Positions 27,991-42,160 of a stretch of DNA of 64,000 nt are shown here, in pieces. Position 1 is the first letter of the stretch. Every line of letters starts with the position of its first letter. Both the position numbers and the translations under genes were made by a program. Source of the DNA: Camelus dromedarius (Eukaryota). The stretch is from positions 92,196,001-92,260,000 of the forward strand of contig NC_087472.1 in assembly GCF_036321535.1 (NCBI RefSeq). The letters are read 5' to 3'. The notes under the pieces were generated by a model that worked only from the letters and a program-made list of their open reading frames with translations, had not been told where the DNA came from and searched no databases.

Positions 27991-28249
27991 AGTCCATCAA
28001 CTTCGTATATTCTCAGGAGACACAGTGAAGTGTCCAGAAGTATTAGAAGAACATCATACACTGCAATATAAATTTCTGATTTTCTAAATTTTGAAAGTAT
28101 ATTTAAAAATATATTCTTGGTTACTTTTATATTCTAACTAGATTTTTCTTTCCTTTTGTTAACAACAGAGTCGTGTAATGGAGGTTGAAAAAATAAAGAA
28201 TTTAGTAGTATTCCTTGCTAGTCTTAAGCAGCAATCCCTGAGACACTAC

Positions 28250-28349
28250 CAGTAAAATAATGCTTACAGTGCACAACTCAAGGGGGCATCATTTACATAA
28301 AGTATCATATGAATCATGTATCCCAGAGTTTTGATACTTGGTGACCCTG
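28250..28349. mobile_element. Possible MER91-like hAT MITE remnant
   Basis: gtgcacaactcaagggggcatcatttacat...atgaat..cccagagtt...ccctg (degenerate palindrome). Confidence 0.45.
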
Positions 28350-28569
28350 TATCTACTCCACTAACAATTAAGTTCCTCTAAGGCAAAGACTGATTTTGGC
28401 ATTTTTAGGTGTCATGGTAGATAGGTTAAATATGTGTCCATAATAGAAAATCAATCATTATTTGAATAGAGGCATGAGGAACTGAATATTCAAAACAAGT
28501 ATATAACTGATATCAAAATTAGAGCGTAAAAGCAGTTTTACCATTACAAACATATTAAATAAATTATCA

Positions 28570-28990
28570 AAATTTGATGGGACAAGGATTTAAGAAGAAA
28601 CTGGCTGGGCAGTTCTCACTTAGCACCTCTTATGAGATTGTAGTCAAATATCAGGTGGGGCTGCAGTTATTCGAAGGCTAGACTGGGCTTGATAGCCAAG
28701 ATGACTCACTCACAGGAGTGGAAGCTGATGCTGGCTGTTGGCTGGGATTGTCAACTGGAATGCCTACATGTGGCCTCCTCAACATGGTGGTCTCCAGGTA
28801 GTTTTATACATGGTAACTGGTTTCCCCTAGAAAACCAGGTAGAAGCTAAATGGCCTTTTCAAACCTAGCCTTATTAGAACAAAGTGATATATAGTATCAC
28901 CTTGGCCTTATTCTATTGATTAGAGCAACCATAAGCCTGCTCAGACTCCACATCTTGATGGAAGGTATGTCAAACAGTTTGGGTGCCATG
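28570..28990 (-). mobile_element. MaLR (MLT1-type) LTR fragment
   Basis: ggctgggcagttctcactt..ggggctgcagttattcgaaggctagactggg..ccaagatgactcactcac..cctacatgtggcctc. Confidence 0.75.
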
Positions 28991-29221
28991 ATTATATTAA
29001 TATTTAATTTAAGCTTCTCATTAAATTCAGTTAAAATTTCACCCAGAATGGGTAGTTAAGTTATTCTCAAGTAAATCCATTTTTAAAGCTCAGACAAAGA
29101 GGACCAAAAGGAAAAACAAACAAACCAAAGTCCTGACCTATTTGAAACCTAAAGATACTGAAGGCCATCCTTACTCAGATAAGTAAACCACAAAGTAAGA
29201 AGTTAGAAAGTTAAAATATAC

Positions 29222-29398
29222 CACTTTTTAAAAGCATTTCTTTTTCTGGAATTCATCAATATTTCACTTCTTTTTCTGAAATCTGCATCAACCAATATTG
29301 TATGCATTACGAAGGCTAGCTGCTTATCTCTCTTTATATTGGTAATGTGTTTCTTTTCATAAAGCATGTGGTCTTCCTTTAGTATTTCTTGTGTGAAT
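29222..29398 (-). CDS. Candidate internal coding exon of an unidentified gene
   Basis: 177 bp, only one open frame (FTQEILKEDHMLYEKKHITNIKRDKQLAFVMHTILVDADFRKRSEILMNSRKRNAFKK), acceptor ttttctactttatgtgttaacatgcatAG, weak donor TG|gtatat, phase 2-2; protein not recognised. Confidence 0.22.
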
Positions 29399-30544
29399 CT
29401 ATGCATGTTAACACATAAAGTAGAAAATAAATGTTTAATTATTTGAATCACCTCTAAATTACTTATTTTTCTAAGCATAGGACAATGTGGTAGTTAAAAT
29501 TTTTAACATACCAAAATGAAGCATATCTATTTCCAAAATGCCATCTTAGTCCACACATGACTGAATATTTTATTTCATGCAGGTTGTCTAAAGCAAAGTG
29601 AAATGCCAAACTTAATATTAAATGCCAAGCTCCAATAGAACTTTCTCTTTAGACTCAAGGGGAAGACCTCTGATTTACCCCAGGACTATTAGACCAATTG
29701 TGCCCCAAATACCAACAGACACATATACACATGGCTGTAGAGAAACTATTCATTTTCTCTGTTCTGGGGAATCTCCTGTGAGATGATTCAAGTCTATCTA
29801 TCACATCGCGAAGGAAGAGTTTTGAGGCCAAACTAACTAGCAGGAGAGAAACGGAAAGGAAGGAAGTCAATATCCACCGTGGCTGGTCTTCACCAGCTGG
29901 GTGTGCTTCAGCTGGCCTGGAACTGTCAACCAAAACTGCAATTACTGACCTTGCTAGAGGCTGTGGCTCCCTGGAGGCAGCAGGGAAGAGGGGGAATGAT
30001 GGATGCTCATGGTGTTTTCTACAAACAGGAGGAATAATTATGAAGTATTCACGTTGTCACAGACCACAGCGCCAGGTCTCAGGAGGATCATAAGATTAAA
30101 ATAGTAAGATTTGGGAATGAAAGTAGGTTCAGTGAGAGTTCACTTCAAGTTCTCATTAAAATTTTTATAAGAGAGAAGGAAAAGCACACGTCTTTATCAC
30201 AGAGCAATTATAACTTATAAGCTAGTGAGAATGCTTGGTGACAAGCAGTATGAAAGAACTCCCCAAGCAATATTTTATTTCACAGAGATGTTTTTCCCTT
30301 CAAAACTGACTATGAATATAGTTTCACTATAAAAAGTTTCATTTTGTTGGTTGTAAACAGAACCATACAATTTTGCAATATGCATGCCTGCAAAAATGAT
30401 GCTTCACTTATATGTAGTCAAATTCTTTTATGTGCCTATTTTCTATCTGAGAAAGTCTAAAAATCTTTGTGATAAAATTTTATCAACAACTTCCTTTTTA
30501 TATCTTTTAAATTAAAATATATCCTTCTATAACAATATTCTATA

Positions 30545-31640
30545 GTTTTTAAACAGTGTTTCTGAGGTATGATTTAGATACAATAAAATTCACCCATTTT
30601 AACTGTTCAGTTCAATGAGTTTTAGTAAATTTACACATTTGTGCAGCCATCATCACAGCCCAGTTTTAGAACCCTTCCATAACCCCAGGAAGTTTCCTCA
30701 TGCCCATTTTTAGCCAATCCCTGGCTTGAGGCACCCGTTGAACTATTCTCTACTGCTCTGAAATTTCATATAAACAAAATTATACAATATGTAGTCTTTT
30801 GTGACTGGATTCACTCAGCATAATCTCCTTGGAGATTCATTTATGTTACTGCGTTTATCAGCAGTTTATTGTTTTTATGGAGTATCACTCCATTGTACAC
30901 ATATACTATATTATATTTATCCATCCACCAGTTAATGAATGTTTGAAGTCTCTAGTTTGAGGCTGCTCTGAATAATTTTAGTCTGAACAATTAAGTGTGA
31001 GTGTTTGTATGGGCATGTTTCCATTTATCTTGAGTAGATATCTAGGTGTGGAGTTGCTGGGTTTTATAATAAAGGTACATTTAAGTTTAAAAACTGCAAA
31101 AAAATTTCCATAGTGACTATACTGATTTACATTTGTATGAGCAAAGTGTGAGGGCATTAGTTTTTCCACGTATTTGCCAATATTTAGTACTGTCATTCTT
31201 TTGGATTTTAGCCATTCTAGTGGGTGTGATGTGGTATTTCAATATGGTCTTCATTTGCCTTTCCTAATGACTAATGATGTTGAATATCTTTTCATGTGCT
31301 TATTGGCCATTTGTAAATCTTCATTGGTGAAGTGTCTATTCAAATATTTTACCAATTTTTACATAAGGTTTTCTTATTATTGAGCTGCATACATTTTCTA
31401 TGTTCTAGATAAAAGTCTTTTACCTGATACATAATTTGCACATACTTTTTCCAAGTCTGTGGCTTAGTTTTTCACTGCCTCAATGATATCTTTTGAAGAA
31501 CAAAGGAGTTTAATGCTGATGAAATTTATTAATATTATATTACACCATTCATCCTTTTGGTATCAAAAGAAATTTTGGCCTGACCCAAGGTCCCAGAGAT
31601 CTCCTATGTTTTCTTCTAGGCATTTCATAGTTTACTCTCT
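30545..31640 (-). mobile_element. L1MB-like 3' portion
   Basis: ataaaattcacccattttaactgttcagttcaatgagttttagtaaatttac...ttttagccattctagtgggtgtga...ctaatgactaatgatgttgaatatcttttcatgtgcttattggccatttg. Confidence 0.9.
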
Positions 31641-32236
31641 TATCTCTAGTATTTTTTATAAAGATTTATTTGTCATGGGCTGTAAACCATTTTAAATATA
31701 ATTTATAATTGTATTTAATAGTCTCTAACAGATAAACGAATCATACATTTGATTGAGGATACATACATGTGGGAATACATCAAAAATCTGTAATTCTTAC
31801 TCCACAGTTTAAAAAAACACAACTAAAGAATGGCATGTCTCAGGATTCAGGTCTGTAGTATGGGTAGTTGCTCATAGGAGACAGCAGTAAACAGAAATGG
31901 TACATGGCATTTGTTTAGCATAGTGAGACACAATAGCTGCAGGGAGAAAGGCCTGACGGTTATAAATCAATAGGCTAGGTCATTACAACACTGCCCAGAA
32001 AATACAAATGTTTCCAGTGAGAGCAAAAAGCTACAAGGCCTGACAAGCAGTAGGATCCAGGTGGGGAGTTACAAACTACTGTCACATTCCCTCCACCAGA
32101 AATTCCAATCGCAGCTCACCAAAATCCTTCCAGTCTTCAAGCTTGCCCCAAATACTACCTCTTCAATGAAACACTTTCCCATCTCCTCAAGTTGAAACCA
32201 CATCTTCCTCCCTTTCAACTTTTATGCTGTCTAGAT

Positions 32237-32428
32237 CAGTGGTGGACAAAGTGTGGTCCGCAGGCCAAATTGGCCCCATTGTGTCTTATTAGAACACAGC
32301 CATGCTCATTCATTTACTTTTTATCTGCAGCTACTTTCATGATACAATGGCTTGAAGTTGAGTAGTTGGGACCACATGGCTCACAAAGCCAGAAACATTT
32401 ACTATGTAGCCCTTACATCTAGCCCCCA
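32237..32428. mobile_element. MER58A-like hAT MITE
   Basis: gcaggccaaat..ttattagaacacagccatgctcattcatttac..gttgagtagttg..tggctcacaaagcc; flanks gtctagat/acctagat. Confidence 0.8.
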
Positions 32429-35400
32429 ACCTAGATGATGCTGATTAGGGAAATACACATTTTTGTAACTAATTGTCCTAGTAAAAGAAAATATTTAAAA
32501 TATGGATTTTTGTAATATAATTTCACCATCATATAATCATCAACTATTGCTCACATCAATGTTATTTGATACAGTCTAAGGATCCATTTGAATACAGTGT
32601 GTGTGTCTGTAATCTGACTACGCAAATAGTACAATCCATTTTGCACACATTCTTGTATCAATCTGGCAGTGATCCATACTTCAGGATGCTGAATTAATTA
32701 TTCAAATATGTTACCTAACTTACTGCAATAAAATATTTATGGTATATGACTGAACTTTTCAGGACAGAGGCAGATAAAAGCTGGTATAAACTGGATAATA
32801 AAATTTTATTTTAATGGAATGGTTTGGGCTCAAGATTCTTCCATAAAACAGTTTTTTAATGCAATTTCACATGTTATTAAAAATATTTTACTCTATGTAA
32901 ATATTGGTGAAAAAATGCATGTATGTAAATATTCTTCTATTTTCCTTAGTTAATTTAAATGAGTCAATAAAAAGTCAATAAAAAGTGAGTGGGATTACAG
33001 CTTTAGAAACATTGAGGAATCTCCTTAAGAGATAAGCTCCTTTCCAATCTCTGCTGGCAATGACTGTCATGTCTTTGGTTGTTGTTGCTATTGTATCCTA
33101 CACATCTAGTGTAATTTACAGCATTTAGGAGCAGTTCTGTATATTTTTTTAAATAAATGAGGGACTCCTCTATTTTTCTATTCCATGACTTGGGGAAATT
33201 CCTGGTGGAACACTTCCAAGTAAACAACTTTCCTTTAACCAAAGTCTTAACCCATACCCAACCACATGCCAACAAACTGAGCAGCACCAATGTATGTATT
33301 CTAGCAGTTAGCCACGACTGCTAGTAACCCCATCTCTCTGCACTCTGGCCCCAGCAAATCTGTCCTGATTTGAGCAACGATTATAAACTAAATGCCATTT
33401 ATCTCTTTCACTTCCTAAAGCTGGAATTTCTGAAAAGCAAGATGTTGCACCACATCAAAAAAGTGCAACAAAATATTTTAATGAAATCCAACTTAGAGTA
33501 GATGTTGTAAGGTGTTTTAACTCTAGGATTCCAAGAAAATATTTTCTTTTTTTCTTTGGGGGATAAATGTGGGCTTCTTTCTATACATAGAAAATTTTGT
33601 TTCCACAATTTAAAAAATTTCTCAGAAAGGAAAGAAATACTTTGTTTTTTATGTTCTATTAACTTCCTCAAAGCAAGTAAACTCCAATTTCCAGTGTTCC
33701 ACTGCCTTTAAAGGGATAGATACATTTCATTTCATGTCTGATCTATAATTTTACAAAGGCTCATTATCACTCAGTGAGTGGTATCAGTGCTTTGTTCTAG
33801 ACAGACATTCATCAATGATGTGAATAATTAGAGAAGGAAAGAGTGATGACTCAGGATTTTCTTTAACATTTTTTCTCTCATAATTTTCACATTTTAATTA
33901 AATTAAAAGGAGAAATGAAGTTACTTTTAAATAGGAAATTAAAGGAAGAACCCCATGGCAATTCAATAGAAATGTGCTTTTTTTCTTAATTAAAAAGACA
34001 AATGACATGCAATGTGAAAATGTAAGGGCCTTAAGTGTGGACTCACATTATGTATTTGTGATAACTTTGGATAACTACTTAATTAAATTAATATTTTGCT
34101 GTATTTTATTTATATTAACCCTTATGCAGATTTCTGGGGTAGGGGCAATTTAAAATATGCTCCCCTAAATGCCATAAGACTTTTTACATTTATTTTGCTG
34201 CTCAGGAGTAAAGCCTTTCAAGGTAAAAGTTCCTCTGCCTGAACACTTCCATATAATTAAAAATTAACACTCTGCTCCTTTTCTTTTTGAAAAAAATCAT
34301 CGAAGTGTATTTTATAATCTGTGTTTAAAAAATATGTTCTTTTTGAAAACTTCAAGTAGTACTTAAAGATCAAGAAACACTTTTAGTCACTCAAGAGATA
34401 ACTGTTGGGATTCTGTTTGGGTCAAAACAAGAACCAAGAAAATTTGTTGAAAAGAAAAAGTCTATAGAAGACTTTATTAAAAAAGATTCCAGAGAAAAGA
34501 GATGTGTGGAAAATGTCATTAGCTGTGGTCATATATCTTTGCCCAATGTCAGTTATAGTTGGGTTCTATGGCTTTTCATTGAACAGAAGTACATTTTCCG
34601 AGCATTCACTGTACTTTAGATGTCAGGATCGCCCTCTCTCCTGCCTTCCACTCCTACAGCAAAAAGACTGAACCACCAACTGCCTGCTTTTGCTTGCAGG
34701 TATTCATCTACTATGCATGAGGAGTTATTCTTGCTTTAAAGGAGAAACATGAAAGATTTTTAATTGAGAGATAAGGGAGCCTCACATATAGTCACCTACT
34801 TCGTGATGTACTCTTTCATTGATTTTCAAGCTATGTTTACTATAATCCCCTCTATTAGACAGCTGAAAATGTATGCATGTGCATATGTGTGTGTTTCCTC
34901 CTCTGGTGTCTTTAAAACCCATCGTATCCTCTCAGCACACTGCAGCAATCTTAGCATTTATTAGATCACAAAGTATTGGAAATTTTTACTCCAACATTAG
35001 CTGAATGTTCCTAATTGATAAATTATCTTCCCATTATGCTAAAATGGACTTAAATTTGTCAACTTAAGCCCTCATTAGAAAACAACCCAAAAAAAGGAAG
35101 TCTTCCTCTACCTTGACACTTTCTAACTAGTTTGCATTTCCCAGGTTATTAAGCTTATGATAGTAAAATTTCTGATATTGTCAAGGAAGTAGAAATTGGT
35201 AAGCTAAAAAGCAAACCAACTGTCAAGAGAATCCCCTTAAAATACAGCTTTCTTCCCCTGACTATTTCCTCCTTTCATTTCTTTGTTATTTATTTCCTCT
35301 TTTTTTATTTGAGTCAATTAAATATGTTCTTATTTTCAATAGTAAGAACACGTACATAACTAAAGTGCTTTACAAAATAAGATTACTTTATTCTTCCTTA

Positions 35401-35889
35401 TATTATCTGTGTGTTTGCATGTGTGCATATGTACACATAAGTTAGTCTTGTTTAAAACAAGTTTTTTTTGTTGGTCAACAATGCAAAATGTTTCTTCACT
35501 ATTAAGGGGAGATTCCTGGAAATAAAAGGGATACATTACTACTATCACTTCACCCTTGGAGCCCACTTTAGATTTAGCAAGACGCTTTTCACTGTCTAGG
35601 TACACTGTTAGTATACTGTTAGAATAGCTGTGGGAGTTTACAAAATGGACACCTGGTGGGCACGTTTAAAAGGATCAGACTAATATTACTTCTTTAATTA
35701 CACCTTTAGAGCAACATACCCATATCTCATAGTAGAAATGGTAAATTACTGTTGTATCTATTATTCTTTATGTTCTCTCCCTCTCTTGTACTCATTTCCT
35801 TACATACACAGACCCACTCACACAGACATACTTACATATTTCTGCTACCCCATTATCTTTAAACTGCCAACAATCTACTCTGATCCAGA

Positions 35890-36083
35890 GAATGGATTAA
35901 GAGCTCCATTCTCAGGGATCTGTCTAGATTCAAATCCTGGCTGTTTCTCAACCCCCTAACCACTTAGCCATTAATCTTGGGCAAGTTATTTACCAATCTT
36001 TCTCTTAATTTCCTTATCTACAAAATAGGAAAAATAGTACTTCTCATTGGATCATTGTAAGTATTAAATAAGATAATACTTGT
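35890..36083 (+). mobile_element. MIR (resumes at ~37180-37237 after nested insertions)
   Basis: agattcaaatcctggct..tcttgggcaagttattta..tttccttatctacaaaatagg; tail catagta..gcaaatgctagctatta after 37180. Confidence 0.75.
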
Positions 36084-37177
36084 TGTTATGGATTGAATGT
36101 TTGTGCCCCACCCCAAATTCTTACTTCAAAGTCCTAACCCCTAATGTGATGGAGTTTGGAAGTAGGGTCTTTGGGAGATAATTAGGTTCAGATGAGATTA
36201 TGAGGACAAGACCCTCATGATGAGACTAGGATCCTTATATAAACAGGAAGAGACACCAGAGCTCTCCCTTTCTGCCTTGTGAGGACACATTGAGAAGGTG
36301 CCCAACTATAAGCCAAGAGGCACCCTCACCAGGAGTCAAATCTGTCAGCACCTTGCTCTTGGATTTCCCAGCTTCCAGAATGATGAGAAGTAAACATCTG
36401 TTGTTAAGCCGCCCATACTATGGAATTTTTTAATTTTGTACTTCTTCTGTAGATATAATTTACATATAACATCATGTAAGTTTAAAGTGTACAATATGTT
36501 GATTTGATATGTTTATATACTGTGATATGATTACCACCTTAGCTTTAGCTAACACCTCTATCACATTACTTATCATTTCTGTTTTGCAGTTGGAACATCT
36601 AAGATCTAGTCTCTTAGTAACTTTGAAGTATATAATACAGTATTGCTGACTATAATCACTAGGCTTTACATTAAATCCCCAGAAATTATTCATTGTTAGT
36701 TGCAAGTTTGTAACTTTTAACATTTCCCCTATTCCCTCATCCCTAGCAAACACCATTCTATTCTGTTTCTGTAAATTCAGCTTTTTTAGGTTCCATATAT
36801 AAGTGATACTATACAATATCGGTCTTTTTCTGGCTTATCTCACTAAATATAATGCCCTAAAAGTTCATCCATGTCGTAGCGAGTGGCAGGATTTCCTTTT
36901 TTCTTGTGGCTGAATAGTCCATTGTGTCTGTGTGTATGAGGTATATCTCTCCTGTTAGAATAGCTATCATCGAGAAGACAAGAGATAGCAAGTGTTGGCT
37001 AGAATGTAGAGGTATCAGGCAGTTGAAAAGATATCTGCACTCCCATACTTATTACAGCATTATTCACAATAGCCAAGATATGGAAACACCCTAAGTGTAC
37101 ATCAGTGGATAAATGGATAAAGAAAATGTGGTATACACATACTATAGTATTTAGTTTTAGCAGCCCGAGCTAAGACA
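36084..37177 (+). mobile_element. MLT1A-like solo LTR split by an L1 insertion
   Basis: tgttatggattgaatgtttgtgcccc..ccaaattc; the 3' end tagcagcccgagctaagaca lies beyond the L1. Confidence 0.88.
36429..37137 (-). mobile_element. 5'-inverted (twin-primed) L1, L1MA-type
   Basis: 36429-~36940 is a - strand 3'UTR; ~36945-37137 is the adjacent upstream ORF2 end on the + strand; TSD catactatggaattt (36414-36428) / catactatagtattt (37138-37152). Confidence 0.88.
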
Positions 37178-39044
37178 ACTGCAAATGACAAGTTCTTTAT
37201 CTACTACATAGTACTCCTTGGCAAATGCTAGCTATTACAAATACCCTCAGGGAACTAAAATACCTGAAAACAATTTTAAATTTATTTTTATTTCTCACCC
37301 ATCCACTGCATAATTTTCTTCTTTTTTTTTTCATTCACTTTCATACTGTTTCTGTATCTTATTTGTCAGTGACTCTTAGTAAATATTAGTATATGTATAT
37401 GTTTAAAATTCTTTTGACTCTAGTTCTTCACATTTTTGACTATTCCAGTCAATAGATTTGTATTAGCTGGTGATAAAATTGAGAGTCTTTGCTATATTCA
37501 ATCTCCACAATTTGGGCATAGAATTTAGAAGTATTATTTTTTTTCTAGAAAAAAAGTCTAAAACAATTTAGGGTTTGAGAATAATTTTGCCTTAAGATAA
37601 CTTATAGACATGGGTAGGGAGAATGAGAAAATATTTAAATAACATCGAATTTCATGGTACTAACAGTCCAGTAGTCCCAACTTTCTCACTTTTCTCCAAT
37701 TCTAACTTCACCCCTGCCACAATCAACTTTAGATGCATCTTTATAAATTAAATGCTTAGGCAAAATCTTAGTGGCCATAACCAGCAGGATAAACTTTCAA
37801 CCTTCCTCATGACCTGGTTTTCCTCCAAATGTTCACTCAACTTCCGGAATTAACGTCTACAAACTTTGGCTCCAGCCAAGCTGGCCTGTTAATAAACTTC
37901 AAATGCATTAGTTACACCTCAGCAATTTTGCTCATGAAATTTCCTCTACCCAGACCATTTTGCTGTCCTTTCCATATATAAACCCAGTGTTCATGGAAGT
38001 CCTACCAAAGCAATGAAGTCTTCTATGACTATTCAAATACATGCTAGATATTCCCTTTTATTAATGAATGGATTTCTTATTTATACCACCAACCTGTGCT
38101 CTTAGTAATCATTCGTTTATACTGCAGTGGGTATTGAGTGTCTCCTGTATGCCAGAATCCCAGTTATCTTACAATGATATATAATATATACTACGTTTTC
38201 TGCTACTGAGGAGTTGAGAGATGAGAAGGTCAATAACTGTATTCCAGGGTGATACCTCCTATAACAGAATTATGTCACTGGAGCCCAAAGGAAGAGTGTC
38301 TTTGAATTAAACTATCCTAAGTTTGGATATTTTAAGTGAAATGATGATATAAGGACTCTTGCTCATAATTGCTATAATAAAGTCCGTGAGATAAGAAACC
38401 TGCCTTTCATTGAGTTCTGCAGGAAAACAAGTAATACTAAAGCAAAGCTCTGTGACCTACAGCCATTGTTCAGTCTTTAATATCAATGCTTCAAATATCA
38501 AATATCAAATCATTCTACATGGATAATTATAAAAATATCTTCATGTAAAAAGTGCTTCTAGGACAATTATAACACATATAAAAACTGTAAACTTCATGGA
38601 TAAAGACTAAAAGTCATGTCCCTGTTTTAAGGAAGTAAATTATTTTGCTTCCTTTTGGAAGGCAATTAATGAAAACTTATTTTTTAAATATGAGGTTCAC
38701 ATAATCATCTCAAAATGAAACAGTGAAAGGCAGCTTCACAATGAAAACCAATCAAGTGGAAATTCTGCTTTTATACATAAGATGAAGCATCTCTTTGGGA
38801 GAGTGAGAGGCTTTCCACATGCACTAGATAATCAAACTGCATTTACATAAATGAGGACTAGGCCATGCAATCTGATGTAATAGCAAATATGTACAAGTAC
38901 AGATGGAACATGGTTTTCAAGATTAAAGACTTTTTAAAATGCTTAGTTGATTTTGCTAACTTAAACTGAGAGCCCACAGTAAGAACAATAAAAAGACGAA
39001 TATTCATTCCAAATCATATCATGTAGAATTTAATTGTTTTAAAT

Positions 39045-39310
39045 CTATAGGACTATAGCTAACACTGCTGTACAATATATAGAAAAGTTAAGAGAGTAAA
39101 CCCTAAGAGTTCTCATCATAAGATTTTTTCCTTTTTTTCCATTTCTTTTTCCTTTTCTTTCTATTGTATCTGTATGAGAAGATAGATGCCAGCTGAACCT
39201 ACCGTGGTAACCACTTCATAATATATGTAAATCAAATAATCATGCTGTGTCTTAAACTTACATGGTGTGATATATGCCAGTTATTTTTCAATAAAACTGA
39301 GAGAAAAAAC
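39045..39310 (+). mobile_element. L1 3' end (cetartiodactyl type)
   Basis: gttaagagagtaaaccctaagagttctcatca...cttaaacttaca..ttatttttcaataaaactgagagaaaaaa. Confidence 0.8.
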
Positions 39311-41692
39311 AAATTCAGTGGCGTGCTGGTGCATGTTTAGCTATAGTTTCACAGTGTGTGGTGGTGAACTGTACCATTCATTAGGTACTTTTGAGTTTAT
39401 GCAAGTTGGCTTCAATCTACCACTGGTTTTATTCAGAGACCATTCCAAATAAGACTTGATACTCTCTCTTGTGAAAATGTTTATACGCTGTAAATATAAC
39501 TGGTTTCTCCCAGAGCATACTACGTGTATAACTATCCATATGTTGCAAAATGATGATTAATATGTTTACTGCTATGAATTGTCAGGTGCATTAACTCTAA
39601 AGAAACATTCCTTTCAAGTATCATCTTACAGAAAGAAAATGGTTACCTGAAATTACGGTATGTGTTGTCTCTTAGTCACCAGACTATATTGGCTACATAT
39701 GGTTTAATCAGGACTTAAGAAATATAAGAACTAAAACTGACCCTTACTTTTAGATGATTAATTAATATAGCATTTATTAGTCCTTTTTCCTCTAAAAATG
39801 GTTCTAGTAGCTTTTAAGCAGAATAATCTAAGCACTGTGTCATGTACCCCAATTTAGGAGTCAGAACACACGACTTACTAAAAACAAATTACTAAAAAAG
39901 GCTCATCAAAGGTTGTTTTTGTGTTTGTTTATCTTTTTAATCACAGATGTAATAAAATGAAGTTCACATTCATCAGTGAGGATTTTAACATTTCACAATT
40001 CTTCGATGTTTAACCATATTGCTTTTTTTTGTTTGTTTTTCAAGGTATGCCTTTATATTAAGGGGTCAAAAAATCTAAGTGAATTTTATAATTAAAAAGA
40101 TACACAAGGCTAAAGATCGTAAGAATCACATGTTAGTATATTATAAATTTTGGATAACTATACCGCTTCCACCTATTATTTCAAAGTAAAAGCAGTGCTC
40201 ACTTAACTGATAGCTATTTCTAGTTCAACCTTCCCTTAGCTGAAACAATTTTCTATTAATGTACAGACATTATTAAAATATATTTAAGTGGTTTTCAAAT
40301 TGATTTTGAATTATATCATGGTAAAGTATCACTTTCCCTTTTAAAACCAAAGGATCATTGTCCCTTTATAACTTAAATCTATATCTTTAGGCCACATGCT
40401 TTTCAGGGTCCACATGTCTGAACTGGGACACAGAATTACTAAATAATGGAAGTATCTGACTCAAACAAACTTACGTAGCTTTTTTTTAACACTTGAAACT
40501 ATTACAACAATTTTATACAGGCTAGATTCTAAATGTAGCCATATAATGGGTCAGGAAGAGGTCAATAATAATCTCCTTCACCGTAGATTTTCTTGGAAAA
40601 TTGCTGTCTCTAAGGAATACCAACATATTTCTAGATGCAATTTCATTTTTAAAAACAAGAGGATTTCTGTATAATGTATAAAGCTTCTAACTCAGAAGTA
40701 GCAAAGACCTGACCTGTTTGGTAAAAAGGGAGCTAATGGCTAGGCCAGTGGGGTTCCAAAACAGAAAATGGTGTCCTACTGGTAAGTAAAATTTAATGCT
40801 GCTCCAGAAAGCCAGCAATTGATTTTCTGCTCACTAGTGGGATCTCTTCTCTCCCGGAGAATGAATCTAAGGAGAGTGGAGGCTGGAGTGTTCACTTTTT
40901 CAATCTATTAAGCATTTCAGAACCAATGTACATCTTTCAATGCACAGAAAGAAGCATGGTATCTTGTTGACCTCACAGTGAACTCTGTTTCATGAATATA
41001 TCCAATTATAACATTGATTTGGAGGAATATTCCAGGAAACAGAGGTTCACATGACTAGGTAGAAATGAACTATTTTTTCACAACAAAAGATTAACTATCG
41101 GGCATTTACTGCTTCTATTTACCCACTATAGAAGTACAATATGGGCGGTACCAGCGCAATCTTCTAGCAAAACCAATAAATGCACTTCATCTTCAACCCA
41201 TGAGGGCCACTATGAAGAAAGGAGAGCTGGAATAAATTACCTTTTACCAGTCCCAATCCCAATTACTGTTCATTGTGAAAGTGTTTTCATTTTTTGTTTT
41301 TTTCCCTCCCCACGTGGGTTCTCTCACACCAGAAAGTGCACCACATCTTTAATTTGCCTTTACTACAGAAGAGACATCAGGGAAAAAGTTTCAGTCATTG
41401 CTATCTGGCCTTAATTAGATTATGATCAAAGGATTGACTCTAGACAGATTATGCACTTTTACTTATATACCTTCCTCAAACTATTTCATGACTCTCTTGT
41501 TGAGATCATTATATTACTAATAAAATGAACTGCACCAATATAAATGAAGCATAGCACACTGCTGATGTCATTATATTAACCATATTCTGGAGCTGCCCAT
41601 TCATAAACCTGACTGGGGAAACATTTGCTCACATCCTCTCTTGTCCTTAGTAGTTATATTCTATACTGAAACACTCCAACTTCCCAGATTAG

Positions 41693-42160
41693 TGTGGTAA
41701 ATAAAAAGCTCATAAATTCTCCCATCTCTGCTTGATAGCCCCCTTCAATGTGATGTTGCACCTTCTAATGTGAGGTAAAATCTACCTCTCCTGTCCTTGA
41801 ATCTGCGTTTGGCATACAACTTGCTTTGGTCAACGAGGCATCAGCAAACATGACACAATGAGAGACAGAAAAAGGAATTTTGTATGGGACCCAGCACTCT
41901 CTTGCTGCTTCTGGGACTCCTTCTGTCAACATAAGAATGAGCCTGGGCCAGTCCCCTTGAAGATGAGGGAGTGTGTAAGGTGAGTTCAGCCATGCCAGCT
42001 GAGGTTGCAGACAACATCAGTAAGCCCAGCTGGCCTCATGTAGAACAGATATTGTCGTCCTAGCTGACCCATACCAAACTGACAATCCCACAGAACTGTG
42101 AGCAAATGAACAATTATTTTATTTTGGGGTTGGTTGTTAAGTAGCAAACAGTAATTTCTA
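41693..42160 (+). mobile_element. Old MaLR solo LTR (MLT1G/H-like)
   Basis: tgtggt..ccttgaatctg..acttgctttggtcaa..cagcaaacatgacaca..cccacagaactgtgagcaaat..ttttggggttggttgtta. Confidence 0.75.
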
